Positions 47,215-55,856 of a DNA stretch of 64,000 nt are shown in pieces; the stretch's first letter is position 1, and every line of letters begins with the position of its first letter. The notes below the pieces were generated by a model that was not told the DNA's origin, ran no database searches, and saw nothing but the letters and a program-made list of their open reading frames with translations. The translations under genes were made by a program, and so were the position numbers. Source of the stretch: a virus; the IMG/VR virus record IMGVR_UViG_3300042453_003699, positions 1-64,000 of that record. One strand, given 5' to 3'.

Positions 47215-47664
47215 TCATATATTGTAGGAGGGCGTGTAAAGCTCCACAATTCTTTGCTCAAGCTCTGTAGTCTTCTCCTCGACATCAGGAGGATCAATCC
47301 ACACTGTCAAAAAATGATTGTACTCAGAACCAAAAGCATTCTTCGTGGACTCAGATTGATCGGTCTTAGAGGAAAAAAACTGTTCTGTTTCAGTGAGGCG
47401 GTACTCCGGCACAATTTCCTTGAACCGATCAAGCTCGCTTTTTAGTTTGAAGGCGAGAGTGATCTCTCGGTTGTCGCGATCCTCTGGGTGCCCCTCGCAC
47501 GATGACACCGTGCGTAAACCTTTGGATAAACACGCCATAACGAGACGAACTACGCCATCTTCAATGTTCGACAAAAAATTAGGATCTTTCGGCGGTACGA
47601 ATCTGCCCAAGTTGTCAGTGTTCGGAACCACGATACGCCCCGATTTTTGTCTTTCATTTCTCAT
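47215..47664 (-). CDS. Protein with TxxSCxGH motif (TYW3-like fold)
   Basis: 'IEDGVVRLV...GLRTVSSCEGH'. Confidence 0.55.
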   Translation of the reverse strand: MRNERQKSGRIVVPNTDNLGRFVPPKDPNFLSNIEDGVVRLVMACLSKGLRTVSSCEGHPEDRDNREITLAFKLKSELDRFKEIVPEYRLTETEQFFSSKTDQSESTKNAFGSEYNHFLTVWIDPPDVEEKTTELEQRIVELYTPSYNI

Positions 47665-47713
47665 GGTTCGATACTACCTTTGAGTCTATGTCAGATCAAG
47701 ATTTTCGGCGGAT
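47665..47713 (-). promoter_or_regulatory. Sigma70-type promoter with upstream (A)TCCGCCGAA box
   Basis: Minus strand: ATCCGCCGAA-AATC-TTGATC-17 bp-TAGTAT-6 nt-ATG. Confidence 0.65.
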
Positions 47714-47909
47714 TTCTGCCATGCCGTTAGAAAAGGTTTTCAAAAACCAATCGTCTGCTCAGGACTGGATAGCTGAAAAGCTGTCCCTTGAACCTCACAT
47801 GGTTCATGTAAATCGAGTAGAGGTTTTCGACGGAAAAGTGTCCACCTCGGGGAAAATCTTACTGGCGGGTGTGAAGCCCGTGAAGTTTGAGTTTGAGATG
47901 GAGCTTTAA
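47688..47909 (+). CDS. Small hypothetical protein
   Basis: Fills the gap; start may be 47721. Confidence 0.4.
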   Translation: MSDQDFRRISAMPLEKVFKNQSSAQDWIAEKLSLEPHMVHVNRVEVFDGKVSTSGKILLAGVKPVKFEFEMEL

Positions 47910-48172
47910 GCCCAACACTCAAATGCTCTGAGTTCTCCTTTAACTTTCATCCGGCTCACAGATACGACGAACAAGGCATTCCAAGACTTGAGGAGATAGA
48001 AGGGTTGACCTGAGATGAGGTCATGCCCCTCATAGGCTTCTGTGGGCTCGTTATAGACGCTAGACAGGGCTCTCTTGGCAGTCTCCGCTTCACCACAAGG
48101 CTTCAGGCGTTCCAAGACTCCCCGATGCGCGTTCGGGTCTATTTCGTAGACAAACCATCGTATCTTTTCCAT
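47906..48172 (-). CDS. Hypothetical protein
   Basis: Adjacent to the upstream minus-strand ORF. Confidence 0.5.
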   Translation of the reverse strand: MEKIRWFVYEIDPNAHRGVLERLKPCGEAETAKRALSSVYNEPTEAYEGHDLISGQPFYLLKSWNALFVVSVSRMKVKGELRAFECWA

Positions 48173-48174
48173 AT

Positions 48175-48366
48175 TCAGTCCCAGTATTTGCAGATGCAGA
48201 AAGCATCTGGGTTATTGCAGACAGTGCAAGTTTTTACTTCTGCCCACTCCTTACAAGTCTCCATCGCGCCCGTGCTTTTGCGGTGCATCGTGCAATAGAA
48301 CAGGTTGAAAGAAAGCTCCGCATGGCAACATCCTGAACAGGGCTTTTCTTTGTCGTCTTTATCCAC
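48175..48366 (-). CDS. Small Cys-rich protein
   Basis: CxxCxH...CxxH...C...CxxC...CxC. Confidence 0.5.
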   Translation of the reverse strand: MDKDDKEKPCSGCCHAELSFNLFYCTMHRKSTGAMETCKEWAEVKTCTVCNNPDAFCICKYWD

Positions 48367-48383
48367 GAATACTAGAATTATTT

Positions 48384-49079
48384 ATGGATTTGCGCTCCTT
48401 GTTTCAGAAAGGGTATTCGGTAACAAAGATCGAAAAGTCGCTCGCTGACAAGGTTTTGGAGGCGATGCCACGGCAGACTTTCAAGTACCCCGACAAGATT
48501 ACCCAGAAAGAGCACCCTATGTATCATTCCGACACGGGTCTCTTTTATTGCGAATGCGTCACCCCTTTCACCTCAGATCAACCGCCCTTGATGGGTAGGG
48601 GATTTCATGAGGGGGATCTCGATTTTTTCACGGAGTTCTGGGGGCTGATTTCCTATTCGGAAACCTATAAGTGGTATCGGGAATCGTTTGGACCTGTAAC
48701 GAGGTTCTCAAAGCAGATGCACGATTTCAAAAAGGGGGAGTCTCTTGGGTTTCATTTTGACTACAAGGACGCAACGCCCTTCATCAACATACTGTATGTC
48801 GGGGACGATGACTTCACCGAAGGGGACGGAGGCTATTTAGAAGTTGGTAAGTGTCGGGTTACGGATGGTTTTGAAATCATCAGGGACTCGATTGAAGTCA
48901 CGGGTCGGATTTTCCCGAATCACGGAACCCTTGTGACCCTGAACAATATGACTCCGTACTTCGTTCACTCCGTGGCTCGGCTGATGTCCTCAAAAAAGAG
49001 ATACAGCTTCATCTGCCAGTTCGGTCACAAGGAAAACGAACTCTATTCCTTGATCTCTAAGGGTTGGAACATCCGCTAA
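48384..49079 (+). CDS. 2OG-Fe(II) oxygenase
   Basis: 'FHFD', 'DGGYL', 'PNHGTLV', 'HSV', 'RYS'. Confidence 0.8.
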   Translation: MDLRSLFQKGYSVTKIEKSLADKVLEAMPRQTFKYPDKITQKEHPMYHSDTGLFYCECVTPFTSDQPPLMGRGFHEGDLDFFTEFWGLISYSETYKWYRESFGPVTRFSKQMHDFKKGESLGFHFDYKDATPFINILYVGDDDFTEGDGGYLEVGKCRVTDGFEIIRDSIEVTGRIFPNHGTLVTLNNMTPYFVHSVARLMSSKKRYSFICQFGHKENELYSLISKGWNIR

Positions 49080-49708
49080 TACTGCCCTACTGTATGAAAA
49101 AGATTTATCGTAGGCTAGTTCTTAGTCTCATGCAGTCTAGGCTGTATTCTTGGGCGTTACTCCATGTGATCCCTTACATTCGATTTACGACTTACTATAC
49201 CTCACTGCGTGGGTGGAAATACCAAAGGGGCTATCGACTTCTTCAAGCAGGAGACATCCTTCTAACGATTGATCGGAAAAAGCTGACGACGGTTCTGATA
49301 CCGGGCGAGTTCAGTCACGCCGCCTTGTGTGTAGACAAAGGGTCTGAATTTGAGATCGCTGAGATGACCCACTCCCACTTCACCCGAAGCACTTTTTTTG
49401 ACATCTGCAAGGAGTCAGACCGAGTTGTGATTCTCAGGTGTAAGACTTTCGATTACCCCTACATCCAAAAAGTAGTCGAGAAATGCCTGAGCTTTTCTGA
49501 AGCGAGTTACGACATCGGATTCGAGTTGGGTATCCAATCTCTCTATTGCTCGGAACTCGTGTACCAATCGGATTTTGAACGAAGGATTGGAGCTGACCTT
49601 ACTGACTTGGCAGGGTTAGGGAGACCCTACATTTCCCCGACAGGGCTTCGGCAAGCTGATAATGTCGAAGTGGTCTGGGACAGTGACTTGGAAGTTAAGG
49701 CTCAATGA
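49064..49708 (+). CDS. Permuted papain-like NlpC/P60 amidase (YiiX/YebB family)
   Basis: 'GDILL', 'FSHAAL', 'YDIGF', 'LYCSELV', 'ISP'; start may be 49094. Confidence 0.85.
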   Translation: MEHPLILPYCMKKIYRRLVLSLMQSRLYSWALLHVIPYIRFTTYYTSLRGWKYQRGYRLLQAGDILLTIDRKKLTTVLIPGEFSHAALCVDKGSEFEIAEMTHSHFTRSTFFDICKESDRVVILRCKTFDYPYIQKVVEKCLSFSEASYDIGFELGIQSLYCSELVYQSDFERRIGADLTDLAGLGRPYISPTGLRQADNVEVVWDSDLEVKAQ

Positions 49709-50354
49709 CATTTCGGATGTCTTTGAGTCTCGCTTTGGTGAGGGTGTGCTCGACATAACCCAAGTGAAAAAGGAGGGTATTCCTTTCCTTCTCCGCCTTC
49801 ACGGGGTCAACCCTGTGTTGGTTCGTGGGGTCTAGGTTGTTGATGACTACGAGGGTTCCGTGATTCGGAAGTATCCGATCGAATAGGGCGACTGAATCCC
49901 CGATAGCCCGACCCACTCCAAGCCAACCCCCATCTTCGTATGTAAACTCATCGGGCGTTAGATACAGACAACAGGTGATGGCGGTAGCGTCCAAGGAGTC
50001 GGTATGCCAAACCATACCGTCCCCGTTTCGGAATCGGTTAATCATAGGGCAACCCTGAGAAAACTCACCTAGAGCCTCTCTGATCGGCTTGAAGAAGGAG
50101 TGTACCTTGGCTTGGTTGTAGAAGTCGGTAAGCTCCTGCGGGGCATCCTTGTTCTCTGAGGGGATAATTTTACTGCTTTCCCATTTGGATATGAGGGGTG
50201 CGCGGAAGTTTTCACTCGCGTAAACCCCATCCCCTTCCACAAAAGGTTGCCTCTGGATCACCCCTAACAGGTAGTCGCTCATGGATTTTTCAACCTTAGC
50301 GACGCAGTAACCTTTTTTGAAAAATGATCTAAGGTTCAGATTTCCTTCAATCAT
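49695..50354 (-). CDS. 2OG-Fe(II) oxygenase
   Basis: 'WHTD', 'DGGWL', 'PNHGTLV', 'HRV', 'RNT'. Confidence 0.8.
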   Translation of the reverse strand: MIEGNLNLRSFFKKGYCVAKVEKSMSDYLLGVIQRQPFVEGDGVYASENFRAPLISKWESSKIIPSENKDAPQELTDFYNQAKVHSFFKPIREALGEFSQGCPMINRFRNGDGMVWHTDSLDATAITCCLYLTPDEFTYEDGGWLGVGRAIGDSVALFDRILPNHGTLVVINNLDPTNQHRVDPVKAEKERNTLLFHLGYVEHTLTKARLKDIRNVIEP

Positions 50355-50376
50355 TCACCTATACTCCCGTATAAAC

Positions 50377-51339
50377 ATGATAGGCAGAAAGGCACGCACG
50401 CTATCAAATACTTTGATCGCCTTCGATGCGGATTCCACCCAGTTCGAGAAGCTGAGTGATCGCGTCATTGCGTACCTTCGTGAAAACCAGATTATGGCTT
50501 TGCCCACGGACCGCCCGTTCCATGTATCCGTATCGTATATCTCGAATGCCCAAGAAGAGGACGATTTGATTGGACTCATGGAAGAGGCTGAGGGTGCGGG
50601 GAGGTTCCACAGTAAGACGCTTGTTCCGTTAAAAGGGAAAAATGGTAGTACCTACATAGCGTTGCAGGTGGAAGCCTCCCCAAAGTTTTTCAATTTCAAG
50701 AGGAAGGTGGACGACCACACCAAGTCTCGGGGCTTTGCTCGTGGGTTCAAGACCCACATAAGTCTTGCGAAATTTCCATCTTGGCAAATGCGACAGGGGT
50801 TGATGGAGGAGCTAAACAAAAAGTTTAATCCAGTATTTTCCATCAACTCTGACAGGGTACTTTTGTACGACCAGTCCCATAAGATTTACAGGTCAATGGA
50901 GGCTAACTTGGAACTTGCAGATCATCTCAAAGCTCACAACCGAATGAGCTACCGTTCGATGGAAACCATGATGCGGAAGATTTTGGACCGCAACACGAAA
51001 GGGTTCTTCAAAGACAATCACTGGGCTCCCGTCCACAAGATTCAAAACGAGCTTTCGGCTGAAATGATCGACATGGACCTGATGCGTTCCAAATACTTCC
51101 ACAACAAAGACTCCACCTCATCGGAACCTGACGGTAAAGAATGGGTTTTTGAGGTGTACTACGGGGATGAAGGTGGTTGGACCCTGCGCGTAGTCGCGAG
51201 TTTCGGTCCAAGCCCGACCAGCGACCCTATGTCGGTTTACGATTTGGTCTACACTCTGACATGGAGCAAAAAAATCAAAAAGGAAGCCTCTCTTTCTTCC
51301 AAGCTCCGTAAGATCGCGTCTTCCTTAAAAATGGGCTGA
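50377..51339 (+). CDS. 2H phosphoesterase (LigT/Acb1-like) with C-terminal extra domain
   Basis: Two HxS motifs, 'FHVSVSY' and 'THISLAK'; C-terminal tag 'KEASLSSKLRKIASSL'. Confidence 0.7.
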   Translation: MIGRKARTLSNTLIAFDADSTQFEKLSDRVIAYLRENQIMALPTDRPFHVSVSYISNAQEEDDLIGLMEEAEGAGRFHSKTLVPLKGKNGSTYIALQVEASPKFFNFKRKVDDHTKSRGFARGFKTHISLAKFPSWQMRQGLMEELNKKFNPVFSINSDRVLLYDQSHKIYRSMEANLELADHLKAHNRMSYRSMETMMRKILDRNTKGFFKDNHWAPVHKIQNELSAEMIDMDLMRSKYFHNKDSTSSEPDGKEWVFEVYYGDEGGWTLRVVASFGPSPTSDPMSVYDLVYTLTWSKKIKKEASLSSKLRKIASSLKMG

Positions 51340-51343
51340 CCGT

Positions 51344-51415
51344 TTCCGCCGAATCTTCAAAAATTCCGCCGAATTCACCGAAAGGCGTTGACGCGACCAT
51401 TTTGTTGTGTAAATT
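51344..51415 (+). promoter_or_regulatory. Tandem TTCCGCCGAA boxes upstream of a sigma70-like promoter
   Basis: Boxes at 51344 and 51364; TTGACG(51388)-16 bp-TAAATT. Confidence 0.6.
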
Positions 51416-51423
51416 ACTCTTTG

Positions 51424-51822
51424 ATGTCTGATAAGAACGACCAGAAAGAGAAGGACAAAAAGGACGGCATTGTGCTTAAAGCCATGCTCTCCCCTTCTGA
51501 CATCGACGAGATGTTAGACCGATACGCTTTACCTGAAGGCAAGCGGACCAACTCTTTCGCTCGACAAGCCCAACTAGACATTCGTAGGCTTCTGTCTGAG
51601 ATCGAGTTCATGAAGAGGCTACTGGACAACGGCTCCTTTTGCGGACCCGGCGTCCACGACCTCCGCATCATGACGACGAACTACTACAAGAAGATTCCGG
51701 GCACGGACGAGGACGATCGAACCTGCGCTTACGCCAGTCTATTCTGCACTAAGTGCGCGTGGACTAAGGAGATTGTGGCGGCGGACTACCGAGGTACTTA
51801 CTTCACCAAGAAGGATGAGTAA
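51424..51822 (+). CDS. Hypothetical protein with possible Zn site
   Basis: 'C...H' and 'CTKC'; start moved to ATG 51424. Confidence 0.55.
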   Translation: MSDKNDQKEKDKKDGIVLKAMLSPSDIDEMLDRYALPEGKRTNSFARQAQLDIRRLLSEIEFMKRLLDNGSFCGPGVHDLRIMTTNYYKKIPGTDEDDRTCAYASLFCTKCAWTKEIVAADYRGTYFTKKDE

Positions 51823-51845
51823 AGATTCAATATCCTTCGCCTTGT

Positions 51846-52985
51846 ATGGGAAAGGTAGCCGATCGGCTCCGACAGATAGCCAAAATAGCCGTAGCCAAGT
51901 ATGTCACTCGTTCGGGGGACTTACTGGTAGCCTACCCTAATAGAAGCGGTGCGACCGTTCTAGTCAAGAAATCAGGGACCAAATATGAGATCGTCTCCCT
52001 GAAGCAAAATAGGATTTGGGGGAGCTACGCAATCTCTTACGCTCAGGCAAAGGGCGTTGCGGGTATTGTACCCAACATCAGGCTTCGCGATGTCACCAAC
52101 GAAGCCGCTTTTCTTGAGGTTCTGGAAAACCCCAGTCGTGTTCTTAAAGGCGACTTGATGCAGGACATAGCACAGCTATCAAAAATACTTGGCAAGCTCA
52201 AGTATTACGAGGTGGTCGATGAGGCGAAAGCCCTCAAGCTCCTCACGCTCAAGGAAAGCATTCCCGTCGCCTATCTCAAGAGATACCTTCCAGAGCTTCC
52301 TACGGATCAGGAGGGGTCGCATCAGAAGATTGGACCGTTTGATGTCTCCTTTGACCACGAAAATGAGGGCGAGAGGCAAGCGATCGAAAACTTGATTGAA
52401 CGCGCTGTCCAGACGCTAGGGTCGGCGGGCTTCGGGGATTACCTGTACGGCAAGATATTTGTTGTAAGCAAACTCAAGGGGCGCACCGTAGCTGATTACC
52501 ACCCCTCAGACGATTCTATCCGACTCAGCCACAAGGCTAAGGGCAAAGAGGATTTGAGAACCTTCATTCACGAAATTGGGCACCGCATACTTAACAAGGG
52601 TGGCGCGGATTATCCCAAGATCAAAGCTAAGTTCCGTGAAGCAGTGCAGGGTTTTTCTCTTGAGGTCAAACCGGGTACGATCCTGAAAGACAAGAAAGAC
52701 GGAAAGACCTACAAATATGTGGGGCAATCTTTTCAAGCTCGTTCTACTCCATACAAGATTAAGCAGGTTTTGACTGAGAACGGCGAGACCATCGAACGAG
52801 GTGACTATAGGGTCAGCGCATTCTATTTCACGAACTTCGAGGGAGACTTTAAGATCAACGGCGAGTGGTTTCCCACTGCCTATTCCAAAACGAACCAAGA
52901 GGAATGGTTCTGTGAGATTCTGTCTTTCGCACTCACGAGGGGAGATAAGATTTTCCTAGATTTTATCAAGGAAGTCAGGAAGTGA
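51846..52985 (+). CDS. Zincin-like metallopeptidase (MPTase-type) protein
   Basis: 'FIHEIGH' and distal 'TAYSKTNQEEWFCE'; N-terminal tag 'KVADRLRQIAKIA'. Confidence 0.75.
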   Translation: MGKVADRLRQIAKIAVAKYVTRSGDLLVAYPNRSGATVLVKKSGTKYEIVSLKQNRIWGSYAISYAQAKGVAGIVPNIRLRDVTNEAAFLEVLENPSRVLKGDLMQDIAQLSKILGKLKYYEVVDEAKALKLLTLKESIPVAYLKRYLPELPTDQEGSHQKIGPFDVSFDHENEGERQAIENLIERAVQTLGSAGFGDYLYGKIFVVSKLKGRTVADYHPSDDSIRLSHKAKGKEDLRTFIHEIGHRILNKGGADYPKIKAKFREAVQGFSLEVKPGTILKDKKDGKTYKYVGQSFQARSTPYKIKQVLTENGETIERGDYRVSAFYFTNFEGDFKINGEWFPTAYSKTNQEEWFCEILSFALTRGDKIFLDFIKEVRK

Positions 52986-52994
52986 CTTGATTTT

Positions 52995-53366
52995 GTGTCT
53001 TGCTCGTCGAATACTAAATTGGTGATGTTCAGAATCGGCGGAAAACAAGAACAACTTGTAATGACCAGAACAGGGGTCACTGCCGAATCCCTACTACGAG
53101 TTCTTCAGCTTTTCAGGGACCACTCTCCTGACAATCAGATCCGAAGTGGCGCTAGGTTCATGATTTTATTGATTTCTCAGACACTTCGATCATCTATACG
53201 GAATGTAGGCTTGACGAAGGTCACGGTGAGTTTCAAATGGCTCCGCGAGCTTTCAACTAGAGTAAGTAGCATGGCTGTTCACAAGAATCTGCCAGCCGCT
53301 TGGTTTGTGGTTGCCTTGGTAAATGAGATAGTGCCGCAAGAAAAGGACGAGGAGCTTACTCAATGA
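52995..53366 (+). CDS. Possible ribbon-helix-helix DNA-binding protein
   Basis: 'KVTVSF...ELSTRV..MA......AAWFVVALV' strand-helix-helix pattern; start uncertain. Confidence 0.4.
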   Translation: MSCSSNTKLVMFRIGGKQEQLVMTRTGVTAESLLRVLQLFRDHSPDNQIRSGARFMILLISQTLRSSIRNVGLTKVTVSFKWLRELSTRVSSMAVHKNLPAAWFVVALVNEIVPQEKDEELTQ

Positions 53367-53503
53367 AGTACAAAATCGTGATTGAATTTGAAGCCGACAA
53401 TGTTTCCGCTACCGAGATTAAGAACTTAATCGAGACTACGGTGGATTGTTGCCCTCTTCTTATGGAAGGGGCTACTGTCGAGATGACGGAGACTACGGGT
53501 TGA
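53363..53503 (+). CDS. Small protein (46 aa, not in the ORF track)
   Basis: GAGGAG RBS; ATGA overlap; MKYKIVIEFEADNVS... Confidence 0.5.
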   Translation: MKYKIVIEFEADNVSATEIKNLIETTVDCCPLLMEGATVEMTETTG

Positions 53504-53687
53504 GGGCAGACTTTACTAACTCGAATACAAATTCAGGAAACCCATTCTTCGAGAAGTCTCTTCGCTCGGTTTTTTCTTTAGACCACTGTAGATAGGCATT
53601 ATTCTCAGGGGTCTCGTAGTTGTAGCAAGACAGGATCTTTTTCAAGACCTCCTCGTACTTCTGAGCTTTCAGCTCTAACTCTGTCAC
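53493..53687 (-). CDS. Hypothetical protein
   Basis: GTGA coupling. Confidence 0.5.
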   Translation of the reverse strand: MTELELKAQKYEEVLKKILSCYNYETPENNAYLQWSKEKTERRDFSKNGFPEFVFELVKSALNP

Positions 53688-54019
53688 TTTAGAATCCTTT
53701 CAAGACTGGCTATCTCTTCTAGTATAGTAGCGTACTTCTCTTGAAACGATTCAGGGGCTCTATCGAACTTGTCGTCGTACTTCAGTTTCCGAGTGACGAA
53801 AGTTTTTGGCATCATGCCCATGTCGATTAACTTGGCTAAGTCGTCAAAGCTGACTGCTTTTCCTAGAGCGCCGAAAGTCCAGTTCACGAAAGTCGGGATA
53901 GACACTTTGCCAACATCAAGGATCATCTCGATCTGACTCTTCTTGGTGATCTTACCCTCTCGAACATAGTCCATGAGGGTCTCAAGGTACTTGTTCTCGT
54001 CGATCTTACTTGTTTTCAT
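53684..54019 (-). CDS. Hypothetical protein
   Basis: Start MKTSK overlaps the upstream gene end. Confidence 0.5.
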   Translation of the reverse strand: MKTSKIDENKYLETLMDYVREGKITKKSQIEMILDVGKVSIPTFVNWTFGALGKAVSFDDLAKLIDMGMMPKTFVTRKLKYDDKFDRAPESFQEKYATILEEIASLERILK

Positions 54020-54245
54020 ACTCATCCCACAAACTCTGACAGAACGCCCAAGTAGCATCATCCGAAGGGAACTTATCCTTCATCTTGTCGTGGCACTTGG
54101 TTCTCTTGTGCTTCGCGTCACCGACTAGGGTGTCCCAGAACTGCTTACGGGAGCCTTCGTTCCAACCCTCGGGCATGGAATCCCACTTAGTGGCTACTTT
54201 TGCTTCAAGAGCTTGGATCTGGGATTCGATGTCTTTTTTCTTCAT
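54006..54245 (-). CDS. Small protein with 'LEAKVA' tag and two Cys
   Basis: GAGGAG RBS; 'QIQALEAKVATKW...C..KM......AFC..L.D'. Confidence 0.6.
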   Translation of the reverse strand: MKKKDIESQIQALEAKVATKWDSMPEGWNEGSRKQFWDTLVGDAKHKRTKCHDKMKDKFPSDDATWAFCQSLWDEYENK

Positions 54246-54298
54246 GAGGCTCCTCTATATCTCTTTAATAATAGTCGTACTTTATCAGGAGAAGTCTC

Positions 54299-54613
54299 AT
54301 GAGCATCAGTTACAGGGTCGCGAAAAGATTCGAGTTACGGCGGGAGAAGCTAATAGCGGATTTCTTGGCGGGTATCGGGACTACCTCCGAGAGTGAGGCA
54401 GCGTTTTTCCTATCAAACGAGTTTGGGATCAATCCTTTTGATGCTCGTGATTTGATTGAAGAGTACCGCGAGTTGGAAAGTGCGGGGCACCCCTCCGAAA
54501 AAGATGTTCTCCCCCTCATTTCAAAATACGCTACCGCTGAAAAAGTAGCCTGTGGGTGCGGATGTGGTTGCGATTGCTACAATAAATGTGACTGCGGGTG
54601 CGGGTGTCACTGA
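54299..54613 (+). CDS. Small protein with 'RVAKRF' tag and metallothionein-like Cys tail
   Basis: AGGAG RBS; 'EKVACGCGCGCDCYNKCDCGCGCH'. Confidence 0.6.
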   Translation: MSISYRVAKRFELRREKLIADFLAGIGTTSESEAAFFLSNEFGINPFDARDLIEEYRELESAGHPSEKDVLPLISKYATAEKVACGCGCGCDCYNKCDCGCGCH

Positions 54614-55638
54614 TGAAAAAGATAGCGCGTATTCACAAAATTGCTTGGTCGATCGCCCTTCGTTTTGCAAAGGTGAAAGACAAGTTCGAGATCACCGAGA
54701 GCGACCTTGTTAAAAACCCAAACCCCAAAGGGGTCAAGGAATGGGTTACCCAAGAATACGCGGATCAATTCCTATCAAAAGCAAAGAGTCCTAAGAGTCA
54801 TGGGGAAAAGCTCAAGCAGAACCCCCCTCAGCCATCGGACCCAGAGATGAGGTTTACACCTCCGGCGGGTAAAGAACGAGCTGAGTTTAACCGTGAGCAA
54901 CTGAAGAAGAGAGACCCTAGCTCCAAGAACAAGCACAAGTTCCGTGGTCTAAGTCCTGAAGAAACAAAACGAGCCGAAGAGCTTTCAAAAAAGAAGGGTT
55001 CCGAGTGTACCTTTGACGACATTGCTGAGTTTATAGGATTTTTTGAAAAGTCCTACGAAGAGTCCAAGAATTGGGCAAAAACCTTCCTCAAGGGTGGTGC
55101 AAAAACTTACAGCGGTCGTTGGAAGGACGAGCAGTCTCTTTTAGAAAAAATGAACGGTAAGTTTGCACACCGAACTCTTGAGACTGTCGGAGATGTAGTT
55201 GCAAATAGGTGCGTGTGCTCTTCGAGAGCCGATCAAGCGAAACTGGTCGATTACATCTACGAAAATTGCGTCATCCTTGAGCACGACAACATTGTCGATA
55301 ACCCTCGCGGGGACGGGTACAGCGCCCACCATTTTACTTTGGAAGCGCCTGACGGAAGGCTCATTGAGCTTCAAGTGAAAACTGAGAACCAACAGACCTT
55401 CTCGGGTTGGAGCCATGACGCGATTTACAAGAACAAAGAGGTCAGTGAAAACGGCAAGCCTAAGTACCCAGAGGTGGCGAAGTATGCCCTAGATTTGGGC
55501 AACTACATCAATGAAATTGACAGTGGTAAAGAACCATCTACCCCGCCCCCTCAACCCCCTGCTATACTGTTAAAGATCCTAAAGGGTCAAAATAAGAAAC
55601 CGTTTGATCTCAAGGAAATTAAGAGGGTTGGGGCATGA
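54613..55638 (+). CDS. RelA/SpoT-family small alarmone synthetase (toxSAS-like)
   Basis: Syn1 'RWKDEQSLLEK', Syn2 'DVVANR', Syn3 'GYSAHH', Syn4 'ELQVKT', 'HDAIYK'; no hydrolase domain. Confidence 0.85.
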   Translation: MKKIARIHKIAWSIALRFAKVKDKFEITESDLVKNPNPKGVKEWVTQEYADQFLSKAKSPKSHGEKLKQNPPQPSDPEMRFTPPAGKERAEFNREQLKKRDPSSKNKHKFRGLSPEETKRAEELSKKKGSECTFDDIAEFIGFFEKSYEESKNWAKTFLKGGAKTYSGRWKDEQSLLEKMNGKFAHRTLETVGDVVANRCVCSSRADQAKLVDYIYENCVILEHDNIVDNPRGDGYSAHHFTLEAPDGRLIELQVKTENQQTFSGWSHDAIYKNKEVSENGKPKYPEVAKYALDLGNYINEIDSGKEPSTPPPQPPAILLKILKGQNKKPFDLKEIKRVGA

Positions 55639-55856
55639 AGAACTTTTTAGTGGTTAGAGACGAGCATAAGAATACTTTAGAAGTTTTGGAGTTTGATACC
55701 ACTGCGGATGCTCGGAAAGAAAAGCTATCTCGCAGGAAGAGCGGGCACAAAGGCGAACTCGTTCTTGCATACGGTTCAGACTTGAAATCGTTTCTTGAAA
55801 CTTTCACAGAGTATCGCCCCGAGAACTGGCGAGAGCTGATTAGAAAATCCCTTTAA
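55635..55856 (+). CDS. Putative antitoxin/regulator of the upstream SAS
   Basis: ATGA-coupled; 'FLVV.D....LEV.EF....A.......ELVL....L..F...Y' resembles the CapRel C-terminal antitoxin domain. Confidence 0.5.
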   Translation: MKNFLVVRDEHKNTLEVLEFDTTADARKEKLSRRKSGHKGELVLAYGSDLKSFLETFTEYRPENWRELIRKSL

